Assembly (NCBI GenBank): GCA_965204735.1
Contig: OZ242008.1
Location: 1,792,001 to 1,856,000, forward strand
Length of the DNA stretch: 64,000 bases
Direction of reading: 5' to 3'
From: Longimicrobiales bacterium
GTDB lineage: Bacteria > Gemmatimonadota > Gemmatimonadetes > Longimicrobiales > Gaopeijiaceae
A model generated the notes under the pieces. The model ran no database searches. It was not told where the DNA came from and saw only the letters and a program-made list of their open reading frames with translations. Both the position numbers and the translations under genes were made by a program. Each line of letters starts with the position of its first letter. Within the stretch, counting starts at the first letter, position 1. Of the stretch, positions 39,206 to 48,266 are shown piece by piece.

Positions 39206-39946
39206 ATGGGCAAGACGACTGTCGCCACGCCGGAAGCCGCCGCCACGCCGGAGACTGCTGCCACGCCCGACGACGCCGTCGCGCTGGAAGCTGCCGTCGC
39301 GCTGGAAGCTGCCGCCACGCTGGAAGCCGCCGCCGCGCCGGAAGCCGAAGCGCGCTCGCTGGAGAGCATGGCCGCTGCCGCGCCGGAGGAATGCGCGACG
39401 GCGCAGCCGGTCGAGAGCGACGCGGACGAGGGCCTGCCGGCCGACTTCGACGACTGGTTCCGCAAGCACAGGGAGCCCGTCTACCGCTACGTGCGCTTCC
39501 GGGTCGCCACCCGGGAAGTGGCGGAGGACTTGACGTCGGAAGTCTTCGTGAAGGCGCTCCGCGCCCTGGATCGCTACGATCCGAAGCGCTCCTCGCCCCG
39601 CACATGGCTCCTGCGCATCGCCCGCAACTCGGTCACGGACCACCTCCGCGTCCTCCAGCGACAGGGGTCCCTCCACGTGTCCCTGGACCGGGCGCCCGAC
39701 TTGGCTTCCCACTGCCCGTCCCAGGAGGAGCGCATCATCCACGAGGAGCAGGTCCAGGGCCTCCTCAACGCCGTGGCGACCTTGCGCAAGAAGGACCGGG
39801 AGATCATATCCCTCCGCTACGGATCGGGCCTGGGCAACCGGGAGATCGCCGAGTCCCTGAAGATCAGCCCCAACGCGGTGGCGGTGCGCGTCCACCGGGC
39901 GCTGGGCCGGCTCAAGGAAGCCATGGCAAAGCCGGAAGACGAGTAG
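39206..39946 (+). CDS. ECF sigma factor with repetitive Ala-rich N-terminal extension
   Basis: VYRYV, AEDLTSEVF, TWLL.IARN..TDH, REIISLRY..GL..REIAESL.IS..AV.VRVHRAL.RLK. Confidence 0.92.
   Translation: MGKTTVATPEAAATPETAATPDDAVALEAAVALEAAATLEAAAAPEAEARSLESMAAAAPEECATAQPVESDADEGLPADFDDWFRKHREPVYRYVRFRVATREVAEDLTSEVFVKALRALDRYDPKRSSPRTWLLRIARNSVTDHLRVLQRQGSLHVSLDRAPDLASHCPSQEERIIHEEQVQGLLNAVATLRKKDREIISLRYGSGLGNREIAESLKISPNAVAVRVHRALGRLKEAMAKPEDE
39224..39349 (+). repeat. 18-bp in-frame tandem repeat, ~7 copies
   Basis: GCCACGCCGGAAGCCGCC-like units encoding ATPEAA/VALEAA. Confidence 0.8.
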
Positions 39947-40750
39947 ATGCTCCTCGACCGCGGCGGAAGGAAGACCTCCGAGCTGCCCCCGGAGCTGGCT
40001 CGCCTGGACGGGGAGCTTCGGGGCATCGCCATAGAGGAGCGGTCTTCCTTCGCCGCGGAGCTGAGGGCGACGCTTGAAGAGGAACATCGTCGGGCGGCGT
40101 GTCGAATGGGACCGAGCGCAACTCGACTTCGCTGGTCGGGCCCCCGCTTGACGGTCGCCGCCGTCGCGGGGGTCCTTTTCTTGATCGCTGCTTCCGTGGC
40201 CGCGCCGTCGGCCCGCGCTTCCCTGGCAGAGCTGCTGGGACGTCCCCGGACTTCCGACTCGGGCGCCGGTCGGGTCGAGTCCCAGCTCCGGCCGCCCGCT
40301 GCGCCGACCGAGCCGGGCGAGGCGGAGGGGGGCGGGGAAGCGCCGGAGTTCCCGCCCAGACCTGTCCACGCCGACCCCCCGGACGTCCCGGTCCGCCCGC
40401 CCGCGACCCTCCCCGGGCTCCTGGACCCCAACAGCGCCCGCAGGGCCGTGGCGGCCCGGTACCCCGACTTCCTGCAGGAGGCCGGCATCGGCGGGACGGT
40501 GCGCGTGCTGGCGTGGGTCGACGCCGACGGCACGGCGGAGCACCTCCAGGTCGGCGAGTCCTCGGGCGTCGCGGCCCTGGACAGGGCGGCCCTCGACGCC
40601 GCGGGCACTTTCCGCTTCCGTCCGGCAATGCGCGGCCCCCGGGCCGTGGGCACCTGGATGGAGTTCTCGATCCGATTCCGTCCCTCCGCCCATGCGGAGG
40701 ACCAGCCGGACCCCGAGTACCAAGCGCCGCGAATTCCCCTCGGCTACTGA
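39947..40750 (+). CDS. Single-TM protein with TonB C-terminal domain; candidate anti-sigma factor
   Basis: Short cytoplasmic N-terminus, TM LTVAAVAGVLFLIAASV, Pro-rich linker, YP....AGIGGTV.V..WVDADG...SSG..ALDRAAL..A..FRFRPA. Confidence 0.8.
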   Translation: MLLDRGGRKTSELPPELARLDGELRGIAIEERSSFAAELRATLEEEHRRAACRMGPSATRLRWSGPRLTVAAVAGVLFLIAASVAAPSARASLAELLGRPRTSDSGAGRVESQLRPPAAPTEPGEAEGGGEAPEFPPRPVHADPPDVPVRPPATLPGLLDPNSARRAVAARYPDFLQEAGIGGTVRVLAWVDADGTAEHLQVGESSGVAALDRAALDAAGTFRFRPAMRGPRAVGTWMEFSIRFRPSAHAEDQPDPEYQAPRIPLGY

Positions 40751-40786
40751 CTCCCGGCTCCCTGGCCGGCGCTTCTCCATCGACCC

Positions 40787-42019
40787 TTGAAGAAGACCCT
40801 CGACGACTTCGCCCCGAGCGAACTGAGTGGTGCGACCGTCGCCTTGCGAGCCGACTTCAACGTGCCGCTGGCCGGCGGGCGCGTCGCCGACCCCGCCCGC
40901 ATCGAGCGCACGGTTCCCACCATCGCGCGGCTCGCGGCGACGGGGGCGCGCGTAGTCGTCCTCTCGCACCTGGGACGCCCTGGAGGCCGGCCCGACGACC
41001 GCTTCTCGCTGAGGCCTGCCGCCGAGTATCTGGCAGGGCGGCTCGCCGTGCCGGTGCGCTTCCTCGACAAAGCCGGCGGGCCGGGAGTTGCCGATGCCGT
41101 GGCGGCACAGCGCCCGGGCACCGTCGTGGTCCTGGAGAACACTCGCTTCCTGCCTGGCGAGACCACGAACGATCCGGCAACGGCTGCGGATTGGGCGGCG
41201 TGGACGGACCACTTCGTCACCGACGCCTTCGGCGCGCTCCACCGGGCCCATGCTTCCACCGCCGGCCTTCCTCGGGCCGTCGAGGCGAAGGGCGGCGTCG
41301 CCGCCGCAGGGCTGCTCGTGGAGGACGAGCTGTCCGTGCTGGGCGGCCTGCTTCACGAGCCCCGGCGCCCCTTCGTCGCTGTCCTCGGGGGCGCGAAGGT
41401 GTCGGACAAGATCGGCGTTCTGGATGCGCTCTTGGCCCGGGCGGACGCGGTTCTGGTGGGGGGCGCCATGGCCAACACGTTCTTCCTGGCCATGGGACTC
41501 GAGACGGGAACCTCCCTGACCGAGCCGGGCGAAGCCGAGACGGCGAGAGCGCTCATGGAGACGGCCGGCGCCCGGCTGGCGCTCCCGGTGGACTGCGTGG
41601 CCGCCCGCGACCTGGAGGCGGGAGCGGTCGCAAGGACGGCGGACCGGAGCGAGATCGAGCCGGGGGAGGTGATCGGCGACGTGGGTCCCGCCACCGTCGC
41701 CCTCTTCGGCGGCTTCCTGGAGGAGGCGGCCACGGTGGCGTGGAACGGTCCCATGGGCGCCTTCGAGAAGGCGGGCTTCGAGGAAGGGACGTTCGGCGTG
41801 GCCCGTGCGGCGGCGACGGCCGCGGACCGGGGCGCCGACGTCGTGGTGGGGGGAGGCGACTCGACGGCGGCGGCCGCGGCAGCAGGCGTCGCGTCGCGCT
41901 TGACCCACGTCTCGACAGGAGGCGGGGCCTCGCTGGACTTCCTGGCGGGCAGGGAGTTGCCGGGACTCGAATCGCTGTCGGACCGTCCCGCCGTCGGTTC
42001 CACGGGAGCGCGCTCATGA
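40787..42019 (+). CDS. pgk: Phosphoglycerate kinase
   Basis: RADFNVPL, SHLGRP, LENTRF, GGAKVSDKI, WNGPMG.FE, GGGDS, STGGGASL. Confidence 0.97.
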   Translation: MKKTLDDFAPSELSGATVALRADFNVPLAGGRVADPARIERTVPTIARLAATGARVVVLSHLGRPGGRPDDRFSLRPAAEYLAGRLAVPVRFLDKAGGPGVADAVAAQRPGTVVVLENTRFLPGETTNDPATAADWAAWTDHFVTDAFGALHRAHASTAGLPRAVEAKGGVAAAGLLVEDELSVLGGLLHEPRRPFVAVLGGAKVSDKIGVLDALLARADAVLVGGAMANTFFLAMGLETGTSLTEPGEAETARALMETAGARLALPVDCVAARDLEAGAVARTADRSEIEPGEVIGDVGPATVALFGGFLEEAATVAWNGPMGAFEKAGFEEGTFGVARAAATAADRGADVVVGGGDSTAAAAAAGVASRLTHVSTGGGASLDFLAGRELPGLESLSDRPAVGSTGARS

Positions 42020-42885
42020 CCAAGGTCGTTGCGGCCAACTGGAAGATGCACCATGGCCCGCAGGCGGCCGCCCGCTTCTTCCAAGGCTTCCGTCCCGCCG
42101 CCTCCGGAGCCGTCCGGATCGTCTTCTTTCCGCCCTGCGTTTCCCTGTCGGCCGCGGTCGACGCGGCCCGAGGGTCGGCGGGGTCTGGGTGCCCCGTCGA
42201 GTTCGGCGTCCAGAACGTCCACTGGGAGGCTGGCGGGGCGCTCACCGGCGAGACCTCGGCCGAGATGGCCCGGGCCGCGGGAGCGACTCTGGTCCTTGTC
42301 GGGCACTCGGAGCGTCGACACGTCTTCGGCGAGACCGACGAGGAGACGTGCCGCAAGGCGGCCGCCGCCGTCCGGGCCGGGCTGACTCCCGTCGTGTGCG
42401 TGGGCGAGCGGCTCGAGGAACGGCGGGCGGGTCGGCTCCGGGAGGTGCTGGCTCGCCAGCTCGGGGCAGTGGCGGACGCGCTGCCGGCGCCGAGTCCTGG
42501 CGTCGCTGCCGCGAGCAACCACGTGGAGAGCGGCATCCAGTCTCGGGCCGCGCTGCCGGCTGCGAGTCCTGGCGACGCTGCCGCCCCTGTCGCCCCCGCG
42601 CCCGGCTTCATGGTGGCGTACGAGCCCGTGTGGGCGATCGGCACCGGCGAGACGGCGACCCCCGACGACGCTGCCCGCGCCCACGCGATTGTCCGCGACG
42701 TTCTTGGAGGCGCGACGCCCGAGGGCGCCGAGAGGGTCCCGGTCCTGTACGGCGGGAGCGTCGGACCGGGCAACGCAGCCGCGCTGGTCGCCGCGGCCGG
42801 AGTGGACGGCGTGCTCGTCGGCGGAGCCAGCTTGGACCCGAAGTCCTTTGCGGAGATCGTCGAGGCGGCCGCAGGCGCGAGCTGA
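42016..42885 (+). CDS. tpiA: Triosephosphate isomerase with a duplicated insertion
   Basis: ANWKM, GHSERR, AYEPVWAIGTG, LYGGSV, LVGGASL. Confidence 0.96.
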   Translation: MTKVVAANWKMHHGPQAAARFFQGFRPAASGAVRIVFFPPCVSLSAAVDAARGSAGSGCPVEFGVQNVHWEAGGALTGETSAEMARAAGATLVLVGHSERRHVFGETDEETCRKAAAAVRAGLTPVVCVGERLEERRAGRLREVLARQLGAVADALPAPSPGVAAASNHVESGIQSRAALPAASPGDAAAPVAPAPGFMVAYEPVWAIGTGETATPDDAARAHAIVRDVLGGATPEGAERVPVLYGGSVGPGNAAALVAAAGVDGVLVGGASLDPKSFAEIVEAAAGAS

Positions 42886-42950
42886 CGGGCTGGGGCCCCC
42901 TCTGGCTTCGGCCGCCCTTCCGGCTCGATGGCGACGCCCCGCAACTTGAC

Positions 42951-43046
42951 GGCAACGCCCCGCCACGGCAGCGCCCCGCCACGGCAGCGCCCCGCCACGG
43001 CAACGCCCCGCCACGGCAACGCCCCGCCACGGCGGCGCCCCGAAAC
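42951..43046. repeat. 16-bp tandem repeat, 6 copies with degenerate flanking copies (~42930-43100)
   Basis: GGCA(A/G)CGCCCCGCCAC, contiguous, between tpiA and secG. Confidence 0.9.
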
Positions 43047-43192
43047 TCGACGGCAGTGCCCGCCAAGGCTGCGCCCGCAACTTGACAGCAGCGCCCCGCA
43101 CTGGGAGCTTTGGCGGTTCCCGCAAACCGCACCGGCGGCCGGGAAGGTGACGACGACGCCACCCCCCGTCCGCGCATCGGACGCGAGCCGCA

Positions 43193-43621
43193 ATGTATGA
43201 AGTGCTGTTGGGCCTTCTGGTCCTGGACGGACTTTTTCTGGGCGTGGTCATCCTTCTGCAGTCGGGCAAGGGCGGAGGACTGGCGGCGATGGGCGGCGGC
43301 GCAGCGGCCACCGACGTGCTCGGAGGCCGCCAGGCGACCACCTTGCTGACCCGCGCGACGTGGACCGCGGGAAGCGCCTTCATGGCGCTGTCGCTGGTGC
43401 TCGCCATCATGTCCTCTCGAACCGCTGCCCCGAGCTCGGTGCTGGAGGGGCTCGGCCAGCCGGCCACCACGGTTCCAGAACCCGTGCTGAACGAAGTCGC
43501 CGCGCCCGAGGAAGCCGCACTGCCCACGGACGAAGCGGCGCCGCCCGACGGCGCTTTCGAGCCGTTGCCGGACGCGCCTCCCCCCGACGGAAACGAGCCG
43601 CCGGAAGGCCCGGGTCGGTAG
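43193..43621 (+). CDS. secG: Preprotein translocase subunit SecG
   Basis: ILLQSGKGGGLA.MGG...LTRATW; follows tpiA. Confidence 0.93.
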   Translation: MYEVLLGLLVLDGLFLGVVILLQSGKGGGLAAMGGGAAATDVLGGRQATTLLTRATWTAGSAFMALSLVLAIMSSRTAAPSSVLEGLGQPATTVPEPVLNEVAAPEEAALPTDEAAPPDGAFEPLPDAPPPDGNEPPEGPGR

Positions 43622-43638
43622 GAGCCCGTCCGCCGCCC

Positions 43639-44715
43639 GTGACCCTCGACGCCGAGAGGGCCGAGGACCTCCTTTACCACGGCTTCCAGGCCCGCTTCCT
43701 GGAACGTCGCGTGCGGGAGCTCGCCGGCGCCGGCGAGCTGTCGCGGGAGTACGCCGCCTTTCGGATCGACTGCCGCGCCGTCGTCATGGCAAGAGCGATG
43801 CGCAGTCGCGCCGATGGTCGGGGCGACGCCTGCGCGCCCGGTCCCGTGTCCCCCGGTCCGGCCTTGGCGTTCGGCGCCACGCCGCTGGAGTTCCTCCGGT
43901 GCGCCGGGCGAAAGGGGACCAGCCCAGCCGCGGCCCGAGGCGGCGGGCGCAGCTGGACCGACCTGCGACGGGGCCTCTTCGGGTGGAGCGGCGCCAGGGG
44001 AACGACGACGCAGGTGACGGCCGGCGCGGCCCTGGCCTTCCGGAAGCGCGACGAGGACCGGGCGGCCCTGGTCTTCGAGGACTTCGCCGCCGTGGAGACG
44101 GGGGCGTGGCACGAAGGCATGAGTCTGGCGGCGGCCTCGGGCGTGCCGTTGATCGCGGCGCTGGTGACCGGTCCCGGCGCCGACGCCGATCGCGCGCCGG
44201 GCGTCGCGGAAGTCGCGGCCAACTACGGCGCGCCCACGGAGCGGATCGGCTCCGAGCCGCTCGAGGAAGTGCTGCGGACGCTCTCCGGCGCCAGGCGCCG
44301 GGTGACCGCCGAAGGCGGGCCGCTGGTGGTGGAGGTCGCGCCTCAGGTCGGCGCCCGGTGGGCCGGCCACGACGCGCTGATCGACTGGGCCGCGGCGGGC
44401 GGAGTGTCGGCGCAGCGGCTGGACGCGGTCCGGAAGGCGGCCCGGGCGGGCGTGGATCATGCGGCCTCGCGACTGCGAAAGGAGCCTGAGCCGCACCCTC
44501 GCGACGCCCTCTGTCCCGTGACCGCCGACGCGGCGCCCGCGCCCCCGTGGACTCGCCTGCAACCACCGCGCCCCGACGTCGCGGCGCGTGCCTCCGGCGA
44601 CGGCGCCGAAGCCGTGCTCTGGGGCGCGGCCGGCGGATCCGCCGAACGAAGGCCGTGGCCTCGACGCGGCGCCCACGCCCAAGCCGCGCTCTGGGACGCA
44701 GCCCCCGCTCGCTAG
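43639..44715 (+). CDS. Degenerate 2-oxoacid dehydrogenase E1-alpha-like protein
   Basis: RFLERRV, AGAALAF..R..DRAALVF.....TGAWHEGMSLAA...VPLI, A.NYG.P, GGPLVVEV; directly upstream of E1-beta; start approximate. Confidence 0.75.
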   Translation: MTLDAERAEDLLYHGFQARFLERRVRELAGAGELSREYAAFRIDCRAVVMARAMRSRADGRGDACAPGPVSPGPALAFGATPLEFLRCAGRKGTSPAAARGGGRSWTDLRRGLFGWSGARGTTTQVTAGAALAFRKRDEDRAALVFEDFAAVETGAWHEGMSLAAASGVPLIAALVTGPGADADRAPGVAEVAANYGAPTERIGSEPLEEVLRTLSGARRRVTAEGGPLVVEVAPQVGARWAGHDALIDWAAAGGVSAQRLDAVRKAARAGVDHAASRLRKEPEPHPRDALCPVTADAAPAPPWTRLQPPRPDVAARASGDGAEAVLWGAAGGSAERRPWPRRGAHAQAALWDAAPAR

Positions 44716-44716
44716 G

Positions 44717-45793
44717 ATGCCCGATCGCCCTGGGTCCGCGCCGTCGCGGCCGTCGATCCCGTCCACCTCCCGGTCTCCGGCCCGGCCCGCCCAAGTCTCC
44801 CGAACCGGCGCAGGAGAGCCCGCGACCGTCCTGGAAGCTGTCGCCGAGGCCCTCTGGGAGGAGATGGAGCGGGACGAGCGCGTCTTCCTCATGGGCGAGG
44901 ACATCGGCGCGTACGGCGGCGCCTTCAAGGTCACGAAGGGCTTTCTCGATCGCTTCGGCCCCTTGCGGGTAGTGGACACGCCGATCTCGGAGGGCGGCTT
45001 CACGGGCGCCGCCGCCGGCGCCGCTCACATGGGCCTGCGGCCCGTCGTCGAGATGCAGTTCATGGACTTCGTCTCTCCCGCCTACGACGTGCTCACCAAC
45101 TACGTGGCCACCTCCAGGTACCGAGGCGCCGGACCGCTGCCGATGGTGGTGCGGGGGCCAGTGGGCGGAGGCGCCCGGGGCGGGCCCTTCCACTCCCAGA
45201 ACGTGGAGATGGCGTTCTTCCACACGCCGGGCCTGAAGATCGTGTACCCGTCGAACCCCCGGGACGCCAAGGGGCTTCTGAAGAGCGCCATACGGGACGA
45301 CGACCCGGTGATCTTCGAGGAGCACAAGGTCCTCTACCGAGCACCGCACTGCCGGGAGACTCTGCCCCGGGAGGACTATGCGATTCCCCTAGGAAAGGCC
45401 CGCACCGCCCTCGAGGGAGAGGACCTGACGATCGTCTCCTACGGCATGGCGGTGCACCACTGCCTGGCGGCCGCGAGGGAGCTGGCCAAGGAAGGAGTTC
45501 GCCCGGAGGTCGTGGATCTGCGCACGCTCCTGCCGCTCGACGACGAAGCGGTGGCCGAGTCGGTCAGGAAGACGGGCAAGTTGCTGATCGTGCACGAGGA
45601 CACCCGCACGGGCGGGATCGCCGGCGAGATCGCGATGCGCGTCAACGAGCGGGCGTTCGAATGGCTGGACGGGCCGATCCTCCGGGTCACCGCCATAGAC
45701 TCGCCGGTGCCCTACAGCGGTCGCCTGGAAGACTACTTCCTGCCCTCGCCGGACGATGTGGTGGCCGCGAGCCGTTACCTTGTAGAGTACTGA
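44717..45793 (+). CDS. 2-oxoacid dehydrogenase E1-beta subunit
   Basis: MGEDIGAYGGAFKVT.G, DTPISEGG, EMQFMDF, HSQ, DLRTL.PLD. Confidence 0.95.
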   Translation: MPDRPGSAPSRPSIPSTSRSPARPAQVSRTGAGEPATVLEAVAEALWEEMERDERVFLMGEDIGAYGGAFKVTKGFLDRFGPLRVVDTPISEGGFTGAAAGAAHMGLRPVVEMQFMDFVSPAYDVLTNYVATSRYRGAGPLPMVVRGPVGGGARGGPFHSQNVEMAFFHTPGLKIVYPSNPRDAKGLLKSAIRDDDPVIFEEHKVLYRAPHCRETLPREDYAIPLGKARTALEGEDLTIVSYGMAVHHCLAAARELAKEGVRPEVVDLRTLLPLDDEAVAESVRKTGKLLIVHEDTRTGGIAGEIAMRVNERAFEWLDGPILRVTAIDSPVPYSGRLEDYFLPSPDDVVAASRYLVEY

Positions 45794-45838
45794 CGTCTCG
45801 TGCGAGAGCCGGAGCAAACACCGACGGGAGCAGGGTTC

Positions 45839-47470
45839 GTGTCGCGCATCGAAGTCCCAATGCCCCAGATGGGCGAGTCCATAGCGGAAGGGACCGTCTC
45901 CAAGTGGCTGAAGCGTCCCGGCGACCCGGTGGAGCGGGACGAGCCGATCCTGGAGATCTCCACCGACAAGGTCGACGCCGAGATACCGTCGCCCGCCGGG
46001 GGCGTCCTCGCCGAGGTTCGCGTCGCCGAGGGCGAGACGGTGGAAGTGGGGACCGTCGTCGCCTTCATCGACCCCGAGGGCGTGGCGCCGGTCGGCAACG
46101 GCTCGCCGGTTCCGGTCGCCGGCCAGGCCGGCACCGCGGATCGAGTCTCCACGGCCGGGTCCGGCGCCGTCGCTGCTCCCCCTCCGGCCGTTGAGTCTCC
46201 GGCGGACGCCGCCGCCCTTGAGCCCGCGGCGGATGCGGCCGCCCCCGAGTCCGAGTGCACGACGACCAGCGAGGAACGGCTGCGCACCCGCTCCACGCCG
46301 GTGGTCCGTCGGATCGCCGCAGAGGCGGGGGTCGAAATCTCGCAGGTTCCGGGGACCGGGCACCTGGGACGGGTCACCAAGCAGGACATCCTGTCCTTCA
46401 TCGAGGCCGGAGCCGGCGCGACGGTGGACGAGCCTTCGGCGTCCGGGCCGCACGCGGCGGAGGCCTCGGAGACCGAGCGCCGGCCCGTCGCCCCTTCGGC
46501 GTCCGAACAACGGCCCGTCGCCCCTTCGGCGCCCGACTCCGTCGCGGTGCCGCCCTCGGCGCCCGCGCCCGACGCGCCGCCGACCGAGCCGTCGCCCGCG
46601 CGTCCGTCCGCGCCTTCGTCCCCACATCCGACCCAGCCTCCGTCCCAGCCACCGACCCAGCCTTCCGCCCCGCGTCCGTCTGCGCCTCCGGTCCGGTCCC
46701 CGGCCGGCGACGACCTTTGGGACCGCTTCCTCGGAGAGGTCCGCCACCCGGTCTTCCCGGTTCGGGAGGGAGACCAGGTCGAGCCGATGACCAAGGTTCG
46801 CCGCCTCACCGCCGAGCACATGGTGCTGGCCAAGCGGATCGCCCCCCACGTCCACTCCGTCATCGAGATCGACTTCACTGCGGTGGACAAGATCCGCCGG
46901 GAGAAGAAGGCGGCCTGGGCGGAGAGGGGCGCTCGCGTCTCCTACACGGCGTTCGTGGCGTGGGCCTGCTCCCGCATCCTGCGCGACTTCCCCATGGTCA
47001 ACGGCGCCTTGTCCGGGAACAACGTGGTCCACCGGGGTTCGGTCTCCATCGGAGTGGCAGTGGACCTGGACCCGGGCCTCATCGTTCCCGTGGTGCACGA
47101 CGCCGACCACCTGAGCTTGGTCGGAATTGCCCGCAAGATCGTCGACTTGGCCGGCCGGGCCCGGTCGCGGCAACTCTCCCTCGGCGAGATACAGGGTGCC
47201 ACGTTCACCATCACCAACCCCGGCGTGCTGGGCACCGTCGTGGGGATGCCGGTGATCCCGAAGGGAACCTCGGCGATCCTCGGGACCGGCTCGATCGACA
47301 AGCGGGTGGTGGCCTTGACCGACCCCGGCACGGGCGAGGACTTGGTCGCGGTTCGCAAGCGGTCCTACTTCTCCCTGGGCTACGACCACCGCATCGTGGA
47401 CGGCGCCGACTCGGCTCGCTTCCTCTCGCGACTGAAGGCGACGCTGGAGGAGTTCCCGGAAGACGCCTGA
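45839..47470 (+). CDS. Dihydrolipoamide acyltransferase (E2)
   Basis: MPQMGESIAEG, lipoyl STDKVD, TPVVRRIA..GTG..GRVTKQD, TFTITNPG, YDHRIVDG. Confidence 0.95.
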   Translation: MSRIEVPMPQMGESIAEGTVSKWLKRPGDPVERDEPILEISTDKVDAEIPSPAGGVLAEVRVAEGETVEVGTVVAFIDPEGVAPVGNGSPVPVAGQAGTADRVSTAGSGAVAAPPPAVESPADAAALEPAADAAAPESECTTTSEERLRTRSTPVVRRIAAEAGVEISQVPGTGHLGRVTKQDILSFIEAGAGATVDEPSASGPHAAEASETERRPVAPSASEQRPVAPSAPDSVAVPPSAPAPDAPPTEPSPARPSAPSSPHPTQPPSQPPTQPSAPRPSAPPVRSPAGDDLWDRFLGEVRHPVFPVREGDQVEPMTKVRRLTAEHMVLAKRIAPHVHSVIEIDFTAVDKIRREKKAAWAERGARVSYTAFVAWACSRILRDFPMVNGALSGNNVVHRGSVSIGVAVDLDPGLIVPVVHDADHLSLVGIARKIVDLAGRARSRQLSLGEIQGATFTITNPGVLGTVVGMPVIPKGTSAILGTGSIDKRVVALTDPGTGEDLVAVRKRSYFSLGYDHRIVDGADSARFLSRLKATLEEFPEDA

Positions 47471-47495
47471 GCCGTCGGCCGGCCGGGTTGTCCCC

Positions 47496-48266
47496 GTGGC
47501 CCGCGAAGCAGCGACTGCCGCCGAGCCCACGCCGAGGAAGCCGTCGTGGGCGGACCGCACCTTGGTGGTTCGGCGCCTGGGACGGGTCGGCTACGAGGAC
47601 GGGCTTGCCCTTCAGTCCCGGCTGGTGGACCAGCGCCGTCGGCACGAAGCGCCCGACACGCTTCTGCTCCTCGAGCACCCCCATGTGGTCACTCTGGGCT
47701 CTTCGGGCCGCGAGGACCACGTGCTGCTCTCGCAGGAAGAGCTGGCGGCCCGCCGGATCGGCCTCCACCGGACGGGGCGGGGAGGAGACGCGACCTATCA
47801 CGGCCCCGGCCAGCTGGTGGGCTACCCCGTCCTGGACCTGAAGCCGGACCGCAAGGACCTGCATCGCTACCTGCGAAGCCTGGAGCAGGTGGTGATCGAC
47901 GCCCTGGCCGCGATGGGAGTGGAGGGCGAGCGGGACTCGGCCGGAACCGGCGTGTGGGTGGCCCGCGCCAAGGTGGCCGCCATCGGCATCCGCGTCTCCT
48001 CGGGCTGGATCACGTCCCACGGCTTCGCTCTCAACGCCAACCCCGACCTCGCGTACTTCGGCGCCGTCGTTCCGTGCGGCATCGCGAACCGTCCCGTGAC
48101 CAGCCTCTCCCGGCTGCTGGGCCGCGACGTCTCCCCCGAAGAGGCGCGCCCGCCGGTCGTCGCGGCGATGCGGCAGGTGTTCGGCTACGGCCGGGTGCGC
48201 GACCCGGGTCCAGGGCTCGCCGCGCCGGACCCGCCCACCGCCTTCGGCGGCGCGAACTCGAAGTAG
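47496..48266 (+). CDS. lipB: Octanoyltransferase
   Basis: LLEHPHVVTLG, RGGDATYHGPGQLVGY, KVAAIG, HGFALN, VPCG. Confidence 0.94.
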   Translation: MAREAATAAEPTPRKPSWADRTLVVRRLGRVGYEDGLALQSRLVDQRRRHEAPDTLLLLEHPHVVTLGSSGREDHVLLSQEELAARRIGLHRTGRGGDATYHGPGQLVGYPVLDLKPDRKDLHRYLRSLEQVVIDALAAMGVEGERDSAGTGVWVARAKVAAIGIRVSSGWITSHGFALNANPDLAYFGAVVPCGIANRPVTSLSRLLGRDVSPEEARPPVVAAMRQVFGYGRVRDPGPGLAAPDPPTAFGGANSK

